Part shown: positions 26,945-34,975 of the stretch, one piece after another
Layout: each line of letters starts with the position of its first letter
Numbering within the stretch: the first letter of the stretch is position 1
From: a virus
Lineage: Duplodnaviria; Caudoviricetes
Length of the DNA: 43,680 bases
IMG/VR virus record: IMGVR_UViG_3300044806_000291
Coordinates: 1 to 43,680 of that record
Reading direction: 5' to 3' (one strand)
Notes under the pieces: generated by a model
Database searches by the model: none
Told to the model about the DNA's origin: nothing
The model's input: the letters and a program-made list of their open reading frames with translations, nothing else
Made by a program: the position numbers and the translations under genes

Positions 26945-28174
26945 CTAGTCGTTGCCGGCCAGAAGTCGCCAGGCCGCTGCCGCTTGTTGCGGAACGACCC
27001 CGTTGCCGGCGGCCTTGAGTGCGTCGTTGCGTGCCATGTGATCGGTGAGTGTCCCCGGCTCGAGACCCATCATCCATTCGGGCAGCTCAGGATTCAGCCG
27101 CACTCCGCCTTTCGGTCCGGGGACCGTCGGCGCTGGCGCACTCACGCCCGTGACGTCCTCCCAGAGTGTGATGGCGTCGGCGTACTTCCCCCAATGCTGC
27201 GGTTGGCACGCCGCACCCATCGCTAAATCCCCTGACGATCCACGCTGCGATGGGCCGCCATTCGTTCCGTCAGTGGCGCGCGGCGTCGGCAAGAGGCTTG
27301 CTGCCACATCGGGGAGCAGCAGCTCTCTCCGATTGTTGAACCCGTTGCCGTACTGATTTGTGACCGTAGGCGTGGGCAAGAGATTGACGGCAGCGCCAAG
27401 CGGGATGCCCTTACCGACACGATCCGGCCTTGTCGCGAAGCGGTTCAGCCAGTATGCGGGATCGCCTTCTCCGCGGCTCTCTCCGTCTCGTGCGCATGGC
27501 GTCGGCAGGAGGGTCACTGCGGTCCGGAGGTTTAAGCCACCCATACGCCTCAGTCCCTTGCCGGGGCCACTCGTGCCGTCTGCTGCCATTGGGGTCGGCA
27601 GCAGAGTGCGGCCACCCGATCGCGGCGCGCCGCACAGTGCTTTGGGGGCGACGCGCTTGACTGCGGGCGTGAGTGCGCTCGACTTCTCGGCCAGGGCGTA
27701 CCAGCGGTGACGGTGATGCGGGGCGCCCACGGCGCACGCTCCGGCGACCAGCCAGCGGACGGAATAGCCGTCCGCGGTCAGGTTCTCGAAACGCTCCGCC
27801 AGTGTTCGACCGCCATCGTGCGAGACAATGCCTTGCACGTTCTCCAGGAAGATCCGTTCGGGGCGAAGCGCGCGATACGCCTCACGCACCCACGGCCAGA
27901 GGAAACGAGGATCCGCGCGCCCCTCGCGCCGTCCCGCAACGCTGACGCTCTGGCAAGGGTCACCACTACTCAGCAGCTCGACAGGCGAGGCCGTAGTCCA
28001 GTCGACAGTCTTGATGTCGCCGAGGTTCGGCGAGGTGAGCAGGGCGGCAACGCTCGGCTCCACTTCCGCGCAGAACACATCGGCGGTGTCGACTCTGGCA
28101 AGGCTCAAGCCGCGCCGCATACCGTCATATCCGGTACAGAGGCTTCCGTACTTGTACGTTCGCATCATGCTCAT
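26945..28174 (-). CDS. DNA (cytosine-5) methyltransferase
   Basis: SLCTGYDG (motif I), SGDPCQ (IV), LENVQG (VI), GAPHHRHRW (VIII), GNGVVP (X); start uncertain. Confidence 0.9.
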   Translation of the reverse strand: MSMMRTYKYGSLCTGYDGMRRGLSLARVDTADVFCAEVEPSVAALLTSPNLGDIKTVDWTTASPVELLSSGDPCQSVSVAGRREGRADPRFLWPWVREAYRALRPERIFLENVQGIVSHDGGRTLAERFENLTADGYSVRWLVAGACAVGAPHHRHRWYALAEKSSALTPAVKRVAPKALCGAPRSGGRTLLPTPMAADGTSGPGKGLRRMGGLNLRTAVTLLPTPCARDGESRGEGDPAYWLNRFATRPDRVGKGIPLGAAVNLLPTPTVTNQYGNGFNNRRELLLPDVAASLLPTPRATDGTNGGPSQRGSSGDLAMGAACQPQHWGKYADAITLWEDVTGVSAPAPTVPGPKGGVRLNPELPEWMMGLEPGTLTDHMARNDALKAAGNGVVPQQAAAAWRLLAGND

Positions 28175-28178
28175 TATT

Positions 28179-28565
28179 CTACCGACCCTCAATCTGTAGC
28201 GCAAGAACGCGCGCCCACACTTTGAGACCGTCGGGCGTGATCGCAAAGTCCCCGCCCCTGCGCGTGAGCGTGAGCAGGCCCGCGCGCCGCAGCTTTCCCG
28301 CGCGCCTACGGTCATTCCTGGAGAGGACGTCGATCACGCTCTCTCTGGCCGCGCGCTCCAGGATGACCCTCATGCGGGTGGGTTCGGCGAGACGGATGAT
28401 CGCGTACGGGCTATCGAACCTGTCAATATTCTCGAGTGCGCGCTTCGCTTTTCTTCGAGACGGCGGGACGTAGTGCTCGCACCCGTTGGCGCGAGAGACG
28501 AACGCTCGGCACTCCCCGCAAGGGAGAACGCCGAGCGTTCGCAGATTCCCGACTCTACGCGTCAT
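28179..28565 (-). CDS. Hypothetical protein (N-terminal CxxC...CxH)
   Basis: ORF within the leftward operon. Confidence 0.6.
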   Translation of the reverse strand: MTRRVGNLRTLGVLPCGECRAFVSRANGCEHYVPPSRRKAKRALENIDRFDSPYAIIRLAEPTRMRVILERAARESVIDVLSRNDRRRAGKLRRAGLLTLTRRGGDFAITPDGLKVWARVLALQIEGR

Positions 28566-28738
28566 CTTCCGTTGTCGCGGGGGTGGATGGGGTAAAGCCT
28601 GCTCGTGGCATCCCAGTCAATCCGCCCAGCAGCGTCTTTGACGTGGATGCTGCGATTATCAGGCTTGCTTCCGTGGCGAATGGGCGCCTTCTCACTCTTG
28701 CCCGTGCGCGGCCGGTCCTCTTCGCGATGACGTCCCAT
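28562..28738 (-). CDS. Hypothetical protein
   Basis: Overlap-coupled ORF (MGRHREED...). Confidence 0.5.
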   Translation of the reverse strand: MGRHREEDRPRTGKSEKAPIRHGSKPDNRSIHVKDAAGRIDWDATSRLYPIHPRDNGR

Positions 28739-28860
28739 CAGCGCGCGCTCACGATCGCGACGATGCCATAGACGATGCCGCCCCACAACCCGGCACCAAT
28801 GGTAGCGCCCAGCAGGATGCCTTGCGCGGCGTTCAGTTCACGCTTGACGATGTCGATCAT
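28738..28860 (-). CDS. Small single-TM protein
   Basis: GAGGGGCGA SD; MIDIVKRELNAAQGILLGATIGAGLWGGIV... Confidence 0.55.
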   Translation of the reverse strand: MIDIVKRELNAAQGILLGATIGAGLWGGIVYGIVAIVSAR

Positions 28861-28890
28861 CGCTTCGCCCCTCTTTTTGTTCCAACAGAA

Positions 28891-28934
28891 AACCTCTCCC
28901 CTGAATTATGCACGCTCAGGGGAGAGGTTGTCAA
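28891..28934 (-). promoter_or_regulatory. Promoter TTGACA-18-CATAAT overlapping a 14-bp inverted repeat
   Basis: AACCTCTCCCCTGA/TCAGGGGAGAGGTT, with the -10 box in the loop. Confidence 0.65.
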
Positions 28935-28940
28935 CCTGAC

Positions 28941-29105
28941 TCAGCGCCTCAGAAAGAACAGAGCCGACTGCATCATCATGGCGAACGCCATGATCGTTCC
29001 CGGCCAGACCATGCGGCTGCCTAGAGCCACTGAAGCCGCATACATGATAGCCGCAGACAGTAGGCCCCATGCGATCGCGCCAATGATCCGTTCAGCAGTA
29101 CTCAC
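28941..29105 (-). CDS. Small membrane protein
   Basis: Two hydrophobic segments; GTGA overlap. Confidence 0.55.
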   Translation of the reverse strand: MSTAERIIGAIAWGLLSAAIMYAASVALGSRMVWPGTIMAFAMMMQSALFFLRR

Positions 29106-29749
29106 AGCTTCGCCCCTTGCGAATAGTAGGTATTGTCGGTCCACCGACCGAACCGCGGGTGATTCGGGATGAGGAACCATCCTGGCTGGCGGATGAGTGC
29201 GTCGAACAGCTCTGCGGGGACGACGTCCTGAGGCAACCTACAGTCGTCGAACACATGGTAGCCGGCATCAGCCAGGGACTGATCGACGTGCTGCGAGCAC
29301 ATCATGTCCCGACGCGTCGACATGTGCTTGATCAGCCAGGCCTCGGTGAGGCGGAAGCGGAGGGCGGTGGCTGCCAGCTTGACGTACGTGAGGAAGTTGT
29401 ACGGCGTATGAAGATACCCATACGCCGAGTCGGCAACGTCACGCGCATCGACGTCCATCGGGAAGTAGTCCGGTCGGATGTAGACCTGGCCGGACGTCCA
29501 ATGCTTCGCGGGATCGGACAGCACCCGCTCGACGCCATGCGGCATCGCCTGAACGATATACGCGTCGTCGACCACCCCGACGTGCCTGATGTGGAACCAC
29601 TGCCTGATGGAGCGGACCATCCGCCACCAGCGGCGAGTCAGGAGCAGTAGTGCCTGACCCGCGCCCACGGGGAACACTCCGGGGACGATGCCGTCCATGT
29701 CGCTGAACATTATGTCCCCGGAGCGAAGCTCGCTGTCCGCCTCAGTCAT
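29102..29749 (-). CDS. Permuted papain-like (NlpC/P60, YiiX-like) amidase/peptidase
   Basis: LRSGDI...RHVGVV (His first), IVQAMP.GV, PYNF, MMCSQHV (Cys last), VVPAEL. Confidence 0.7.
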   Translation of the reverse strand: MTEADSELRSGDIMFSDMDGIVPGVFPVGAGQALLLLTRRWWRMVRSIRQWFHIRHVGVVDDAYIVQAMPHGVERVLSDPAKHWTSGQVYIRPDYFPMDVDARDVADSAYGYLHTPYNFLTYVKLAATALRFRLTEAWLIKHMSTRRDMMCSQHVDQSLADAGYHVFDDCRLPQDVVPAELFDALIRQPGWFLIPNHPRFGRWTDNTYYSQGAKL

Positions 29750-30074
29750 GAACAGGACTCTCCAGTCCGGTAGGGGTGCCGGCGGCGATGATCTCGCTCA
29801 GCCAGTCGGGAATGTGAGTCAGGTCGGTGACGGACAGGCGTTCGCCCTCGTCGCCCGTGACGGCGGCGAACGGGTAGCCGGAGATGAAGTTGTAGCCACC
29901 CGTGAGCCACGTGCACGTCACGAGAACGTCCGTCACCATGATGACCCCGTCATCGCCGTCGAATCGGGGCGTGGACGCATTCACCTCGCGCGGCGGATCG
30001 ACGACGAACCGCACGAACGACGAGCGGGTGTCGTCGATCTTCAGCACACCTTTGAGTGTCGTCACGATGCTCAC
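29742..30074 (-). CDS. Hypothetical protein
   Basis: Overlap-coupled ORF. Confidence 0.6.
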   Translation of the reverse strand: MSIVTTLKGVLKIDDTRSSFVRFVVDPPREVNASTPRFDGDDGVIMVTDVLVTCTWLTGGYNFISGYPFAAVTGDEGERLSVTDLTHIPDWLSEIIAAGTPTGLESPVHD

Positions 30075-30283
30075 TCCTCCACTTCGAAGCCGAGTTCGGC
30101 CAGTGCTGCCGTTAGTCGCGTGAGTCGATCCCCTACTGCGGGGTCCATCAGCGCTAGCGCCTCATCGGTGATCTTGACGCGCATCACGGCATCGATAGCA
30201 TGCTGCGCGCGGCCGAGTGGCGACGTGCGCCAACTGCCGAGGAAGGCATTCATGCCAGCGAGTCTCCGATCTTCCGGACTCAC
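30071..30283 (-). CDS. Hypothetical protein (paralogue of 30280-30531)
   Basis: Shared AI....RVKIT and L.AAL.ELG.EVE motifs. Confidence 0.65.
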   Translation of the reverse strand: MSPEDRRLAGMNAFLGSWRTSPLGRAQHAIDAVMRVKITDEALALMDPAVGDRLTRLTAALAELGFEVEE

Positions 30284-30531
30284 GACTCCACTTCCAATCC
30301 GAGTTCGCCCAGGGCGGCGGCGAGTCCGGCGTCAATCTGATTGAGAACGTTCAGCTCAAAGTCCCCGGCAGTGCGGAACGTCTCGATCGTCTTTCGGGTG
30401 ATCTTGACGCGCGTCGCCGTCTCGATGGCTGTATAGATCGCCGAGTTCACTGTCTCGCCCGGTTGACTCAGTGCGTCGTGCGCTGCTTCACGCGCACGCA
30501 TGTGCCGTTCCTCGATCGCTTCCTTGCTCAT
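30280..30531 (-). CDS. Hypothetical protein
   Basis: GAGGGGCGA SD. Confidence 0.65.
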   Translation of the reverse strand: MSKEAIEERHMRAREAAHDALSQPGETVNSAIYTAIETATRVKITRKTIETFRTAGDFELNVLNQIDAGLAAALGELGLEVES

Positions 30532-30545
30532 TCGCCCCTCACTCT

Positions 30546-30827
30546 CTACGGAAGGAAAAAGCTGTTCTTTCTGCCGTACACGTACTCATGCACGTGGTCG
30601 TCGTCGATCAGGTCACTCACGATGACGGACCACGCTGCGGTATACGGCACGGTGAGCGCGCGAAGCGCTTCGCGCTCCTGCTCGTCCGCACACCCGTCAA
30701 GCATGCGCCCCCACTTCGTCCGGCCGATGATGCGCACGGCGTTGCGATTCACCAGAGGCGCGCGGCCGAGCTTCTCGTAGAACGAACAGATTGCGTCCCA
30801 CGTGATCCCGTCAGTACCATCAGTCAT
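30546..30827 (-). CDS. Hypothetical protein, probably leaderless
   Basis: TGCTAGAAT extended -10 box, 6 nt before the ATG. Confidence 0.6.
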   Translation of the reverse strand: MTDGTDGITWDAICSFYEKLGRAPLVNRNAVRIIGRTKWGRMLDGCADEQEREALRALTVPYTAAWSVIVSDLIDDDHVHEYVYGRKNSFFLP

Positions 30828-30849
30828 GCACAGATTCTAGCATATAGAA

Positions 30850-30877
30850 AGGGCGCTGAACATATGTTCAGCGCCCT
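30850..30877 (-). terminator. Perfect 28-bp palindrome, probable terminator
   Basis: AGGGCGCTGAACATATGTTCAGCGCCCT. Confidence 0.7.
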
Positions 30878-30897
30878 CTCATCCCGCCCAGAAAAGA

Positions 30898-31596
30898 TCA
30901 GCTACGCGTGATGCGTGCCTGCCACTTCCATGAGGACGTGGTGACACCTGGCTGCTCACGCTCGACGCGCCGCACGGCCACGTCGAGATTGATGAACGCC
31001 TGATCGCCGGTGATCGCGATACCGGCGGCATTCGCAAGTTTGATCGCGTCCAGCAGGGCGAGACGCGAAGAGGCGACTGGGTTGCCGGTCACGTGGCCTT
31101 TCGGGGGCTTGGCGCTGCCGGACACGAACCACGAGCGCCGACCGTCGTCACCCTCGATCTGCGGGTCACGCTCGGCAGTCTGGCCGGAGATGACGAGGTT
31201 GAGAACGGGGTCGTTCGGCTTGCCCGTAGCCGGATCGACCGGAGACAGGCCGGGAGCACGCTTGCCGGTACTCGGATCGGTCACCCAATACTGCTTCAGC
31301 CGGGAGACCCTGTCAGGTGCCTGACTCGGGTGACAGGTCGACTGCACGTCCTTCGGCGCGGCGGTCACCTTGAGCCTGATCTCAGTGCCCGGGGCGTGCG
31401 CCAGGGTGAACAGGGACGGCAGGGACTCGATGTTCGGCCCGAAGAGGCTGGATTGCTTGGCGGGTTCCGGGGCGTATCCCTCGCTGAGCGACGAGGATTC
31501 CTGCCCGTAGGCACTGGCCGAGTTGTACTCGCGTGTTGCCGCCGGGGCGGGGGATGCGGACGCCGCTACCCACGGGTCGTTGACTGGCTGAGTCAT
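30898..31596 (-). CDS. Putative ssDNA-binding (OB-fold-like) protein
   Basis: QT.ERDP.IEGDDG.R..FV.G pattern like actinophage SSB-type proteins; near the exonuclease and helicase. Confidence 0.5.
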   Translation of the reverse strand: MTQPVNDPWVAASASPAPAATREYNSASAYGQESSSLSEGYAPEPAKQSSLFGPNIESLPSLFTLAHAPGTEIRLKVTAAPKDVQSTCHPSQAPDRVSRLKQYWVTDPSTGKRAPGLSPVDPATGKPNDPVLNLVISGQTAERDPQIEGDDGRRSWFVSGSAKPPKGHVTGNPVASSRLALLDAIKLANAAGIAITGDQAFINLDVAVRRVEREQPGVTTSSWKWQARITRS

Positions 31597-31658
31597 TCGT
31601 TTCGCTCGTTTCTGTCGCTTCGTCGAGACGTTGTTTCGTTCGTGCTGATTGTAGCAAG

Positions 31659-32172
31659 TGGTGCGGCGCGAGGGGTGAAACCCGACTCTACGGCCGTCGG
31701 CAGCCTGTCGCGTACACCGAGACACCCCTCGCGCCGTCCGTCTCTCCGGACTGTCACGGCCGCCGCTTCCGTCCTCGCCGCACTAGTTGCCAGCATCCCG
31801 CAAGGGGAACCATGCGACTACTCCCACCGATAGGGCGAAGTCACTGCGCGTGCTACGTGCGTGATGCCCTGTTTCCGTGCGTGCCCCCTCGGGGAATCGA
31901 ACCCCTCATCCGCCTAGGCCGGATTGCCGCAACCATACGGAGGCTCAAGAAGTGGACGCGCCGTTTCGACCTCCCGTGGATTCCACGGCGCGCCCACCTC
32001 ATCCCACCGAAGCGGGGGGTTGCCCGTCTTTCCAGGCTGTCACCGATCGCATGCTAGCGTGCCGGATTCCCGGTCGAACTCTCCGGTGCCACGGGGGTTT
32101 GAAATCTCCTGCTTACCTGACGCGCGACTCAATCGCCTTCTCGTCAGGGGAGTTGATTTCTCGCCCCTCAAC
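31659..32172 (-). ncRNA. Putative large structured RNA or RNA cluster
   Basis: No credible ORF, own promoter, many stems, repeated covarying motif, tRNA-like domain, 3' ACCA. Confidence 0.6.
31882..31944 (-). tRNA. Degenerate tRNA-like element, CUA at anticodon position
   Basis: Acceptor GCCTCC/GGGGGC, anticodon stem ATCCG/CGGAT with loop GCCTAGG, T arm GGGG-TTCGATT-CCCC; D arm and variable loop reduced. Confidence 0.45.
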
Positions 32173-32180
32173 TGACGACT

Positions 32181-32209
32181 ACGTTACTCGCTCCCTGATT
32201 CCGTGTCAA
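32181..32209 (-). promoter_or_regulatory. Sigma-70-type promoter driving the non-coding region
   Basis: TTGACA-17-TAACGT. Confidence 0.75.
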
Positions 32210-32471
32210 GCCTGCGCCGCATTGGCGCTGTCGCCCACGCCAGGATAACGAACCCGACAGCGAACACCACTGTCGTGAGCACGTAGAGGACCCCGCCCAT
32301 CTGTGCCATGTACAAGAACGCATCCCCCCCGAACAGCTTGACTGTCCCATCAGGGGATCGCTTGGCCACACCACCGAAAGCGGCCACACCACCTAGGCAA
32401 GCCGAGATAGCGCACCCGACGAACAACCACGCCACTACGAAACGAATCATGATCAGATCCCCTCTCGCCAC
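32184..32471 (-). CDS. Membrane protein
   Basis: Two hydrophobic segments; start may be slightly downstream. Confidence 0.6.
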   Translation of the reverse strand: MARGDLIMIRFVVAWLFVGCAISACLGGVAAFGGVAKRSPDGTVKLFGGDAFLYMAQMGGVLYVLTTVVFAVGFVILAWATAPMRRRLDTESGSE

Positions 32472-34417
32472 TCAGCCAGACCGAACGTGGCCACGCCGCG
32501 CGCTTCGCTGCGCGCCTCCACCACGGCCTTAGCCAGGCGCGCCCACTGGCCGGCCAGCGTCAGATCCACGCGGGAGAGGAAGGGTGCGGCGCCGTCGCTC
32601 GGCATGCGGAGCAGGATCGCCACCTCCTGATCCACGCCGAACTGCTTCGGACCGAGGACGTACTCCGTCTTGTCCTCGCTCAGCATCCATTCCGCCGTGG
32701 CGTACACGTACTGCTGAATCCACGCCTCAAGCCACGTGTAGAACGGCTTGCGCTTGGTGTTGTGTGTAGGGATCATGCGCTCCCCAGCAAGATAGGTGCT
32801 TGACGGCGAGTCGACGGAGATGCACGCGGTCGGCACGTCCGGCCCCGACTCGATTGACACGATGACACGTCGGCTGGAAACCGTCAGACTCTTCGCGCTT
32901 GCGGCGGCCTGCTCAGCTTTGCGGGGGAGTTGGAACGGATTTATTCCGATCGGGGTGAATGAGACGTGATACGAAATTACGTCCTTTCCGAAACCACGCG
33001 TCGACACCTCAGCGACATGTACCCGCTGCCCAAGCGACGTGATCAGCTCAGCGGCTTGAAGCGCCAGCGCCTTATCGACGCTATAGAATACCGCTGTCCG
33101 TCGGGGCTTATTCCACGTTCCGTCGGTATCCATCAGCCCCTGAAGTAGCGCGAGACGTTGCGCTGGGGACGCGCGAAGATAGGAATCAGGGACGCTCTTG
33201 TGGCCGCGCATCCCCGCCAATCGGAGCGCGCGGGACAGTCCGATCACCGTGTGATGAATCGTCGTCGGCCGACGCTTGTCGCGCGTCGCCTTACCGAGCG
33301 GATACCCCGACGCGCGGAGGTGATCAAAGATGTCGACTTGCCCCGTGATCACCCCACTTGCGCGCGACCCGTCCCCAAGCCATACGCCAAACAGATACGG
33401 GTCGATCGGCAGGTCGGCATCGCTAGCCTGAAGCGCGCCGGCGTTAGGCACTACGTGTTGAGCCTGACCGGAATACCTGTTGCGCAGCGTGGCAATCACT
33501 TCACTGACGGGTCGGGGGGTCGGAGGTTGTGCGGCACAGTTGGCGAATCGAGAGACCCCCGTCCACCAAATGTGCTCCGCGTCGCACACGATCTCTGAAC
33601 CGTCGTCGAATCGGACAACGTATGTGCCGATCCGCTTGACCTCCGACTTCCCCGTGACGCGCGTTGGTGCGCCGTCCTTGTCGTAGACGACGTCACCAAC
33701 ACTGACTGCGCCCATAGTGGTCCACCCGTCGGGCGTAGCCAGGGGAGTGTCAAGCGCAAGCCCCTTCAGGTCAGCCATGTACAGCTTGCCCGTGCGCCTA
33801 CTCATCAGCACGTCGTCGAACCTGCCGGCCGCGTCCAGCTCCTCGTTACGAACCACGCGTTCTTGCAGGCCTGGGACGCGCTCCAGGTCGTGCTTGTCGA
33901 GTAGCGCTTCGAGCGCCTCGATATCGTGATTGATCTTGCTCGTGCCCAGCAGTACGCCCGTCTTGGCGCGCGCTTCCCAGACGTCGTGACGATTGGTGCC
34001 CTTGGCGCCAGCGGCGTTCGCACCTACCGCCGTCTTCGCGTGATCGGCGAAGTCTTCGAGCATCCCGATAAGTTCGACACCCGCCGGACTCTGGCGGAGC
34101 TCTTCGAGGTCCACGCCCGCGAGTCTGGCCGACAGCGTCCGGAAGACGACCTTCTCGTAGAGGTCCTCGCGCAACGCGAGCCCCATCATCACGCGCTCGA
34201 TCTGCCAGACGGCCAACTCGCGCGCGTCGACGATGGCGCCGGCGAGGTTGGTGGCCGACATCTTCCCGTACGGGACGTAGTCCCCACCCGCTTTCGTGCC
34301 GGATTCCCCAGGGAGTAGCGGCATGTGATATCTGCCGCGGTACCGCTCCCCGAACTGTTTGATCTCCTTCTCACCCGAGGTGACGTCGCCGGTTACGGGA
34401 TCGAACAGGCTGCTCAT
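32453..34417 (-). CDS. PD-(D/E)xK exonuclease (Cas4/RecB-like) containing an intein
   Basis: GTNRH, ERVV, AGRFD, MADLK|T and QQYVYA after intein removal; ATG 34417 has an SD. Confidence 0.8.
   Translation of the reverse strand: MSSLFDPVTGDVTSGEKEIKQFGERYRGRYHMPLLPGESGTKAGGDYVPYGKMSATNLAGAIVDARELAVWQIERVMMGLALREDLYEKVVFRTLSARLAGVDLEELRQSPAGVELIGMLEDFADHAKTAVGANAAGAKGTNRHDVWEARAKTGVLLGTSKINHDIEALEALLDKHDLERVPGLQERVVRNEELDAAGRFDDVLMSRRTGKLYMADLKGLALDTPLATPDGWTTMGAVSVGDVVYDKDGAPTRVTGKSEVKRIGTYVVRFDDGSEIVCDAEHIWWTGVSRFANCAAQPPTPRPVSEVIATLRNRYSGQAQHVVPNAGALQASDADLPIDPYLFGVWLGDGSRASGVITGQVDIFDHLRASGYPLGKATRDKRRPTTIHHTVIGLSRALRLAGMRGHKSVPDSYLRASPAQRLALLQGLMDTDGTWNKPRRTAVFYSVDKALALQAAELITSLGQRVHVAEVSTRGFGKDVISYHVSFTPIGINPFQLPRKAEQAAASAKSLTVSSRRVIVSIESGPDVPTACISVDSPSSTYLAGERMIPTHNTKRKPFYTWLEAWIQQYVYATAEWMLSEDKTEYVLGPKQFGVDQEVAILLRMPSDGAAPFLSRVDLTLAGQWARLAKAVVEARSEARGVATFGLAEWREGI
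32759..33763 (-). mobile_element. Class 3 intein with LAGLIDADG homing endonuclease (335 aa)
   Basis: Starts GLALDTP; block B CDAEHIW, block F VPTACISV, block G IPTHN/T; HEN motifs GVWLGDG and LQGLMDTDG. Confidence 0.9.
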
Positions 34418-34456
34418 ATCGCCCCTTCGTTGTGCAGAGTTGAATACGAGCATAGC

Positions 34457-34496
34457 ACAAAAGCCCCACCTGATTGCACTCAGGTGGGGCTTTTGT
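34457..34496 (-). terminator. Terminator hairpin
   Basis: 17-bp inverted repeat ACAAAAGCCCCACCTGA/TCAGGTGGGGCTTTTGT. Confidence 0.8.
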
Positions 34497-34554
34497 ATGG
34501 CGATATCCGCAATCTCATACGCAGTGACTCGTAGTCATGCAGATAAGCGCATGC

Positions 34555-34923
34555 TTACTTGGCAGCGTCCCGATCCCAGATGGTGAGGATCAGTTCGTTG
34601 ACGCTCTCCGGCGAGACAGGCCTCAGTGACATCTCGATACGGAAGGGCTCGACGGCGCCGCGCTCCTGAGCGATCAGCTTACCCGCGGCCGTGAGTTGAC
34701 GCCGGACGCGCGAGTAGCGCTGCTTGTACGTCTCGCCGCAATGCACGTCCAGGAGGACGGCGGACTCTCGCGCCTCAGCCTGGCCGTTCGCATCGACGGT
34801 GCCGGCGATGCCCCGGACGGCGTCGATGAACGGGTTGGGGGTCGGCTTGCGTCCGGCCCCCTTCCGTCCCGCGCGCTTGACGGGCGTTGCCGCCCGGAAT
34901 TCGTAGGTCTCGACGTCGCTCAT
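34555..34923 (-). CDS. Hypothetical protein
   Basis: AGGGG SD before ATG 34923; the longer ORF start would overlap the tRNA-like element. Confidence 0.65.
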   Translation of the reverse strand: MSDVETYEFRAATPVKRAGRKGAGRKPTPNPFIDAVRGIAGTVDANGQAEARESAVLLDVHCGETYKQRYSRVRRQLTAAGKLIAQERGAVEPFRIEMSLRPVSPESVNELILTIWDRDAAK

Positions 34924-34975
34924 GTCCCCTGCTCTTTCGTGATGTTCTCGATGATGTCGATGATCCTGTGCTCGA

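Noticed and set aside
31950-32150. Hammerhead ribozyme (CTGACGA, GAAAC...GTC fragments)
   Set aside because: Core elements are not in a compatible order or spacing, and stronger alternative stems explain the region
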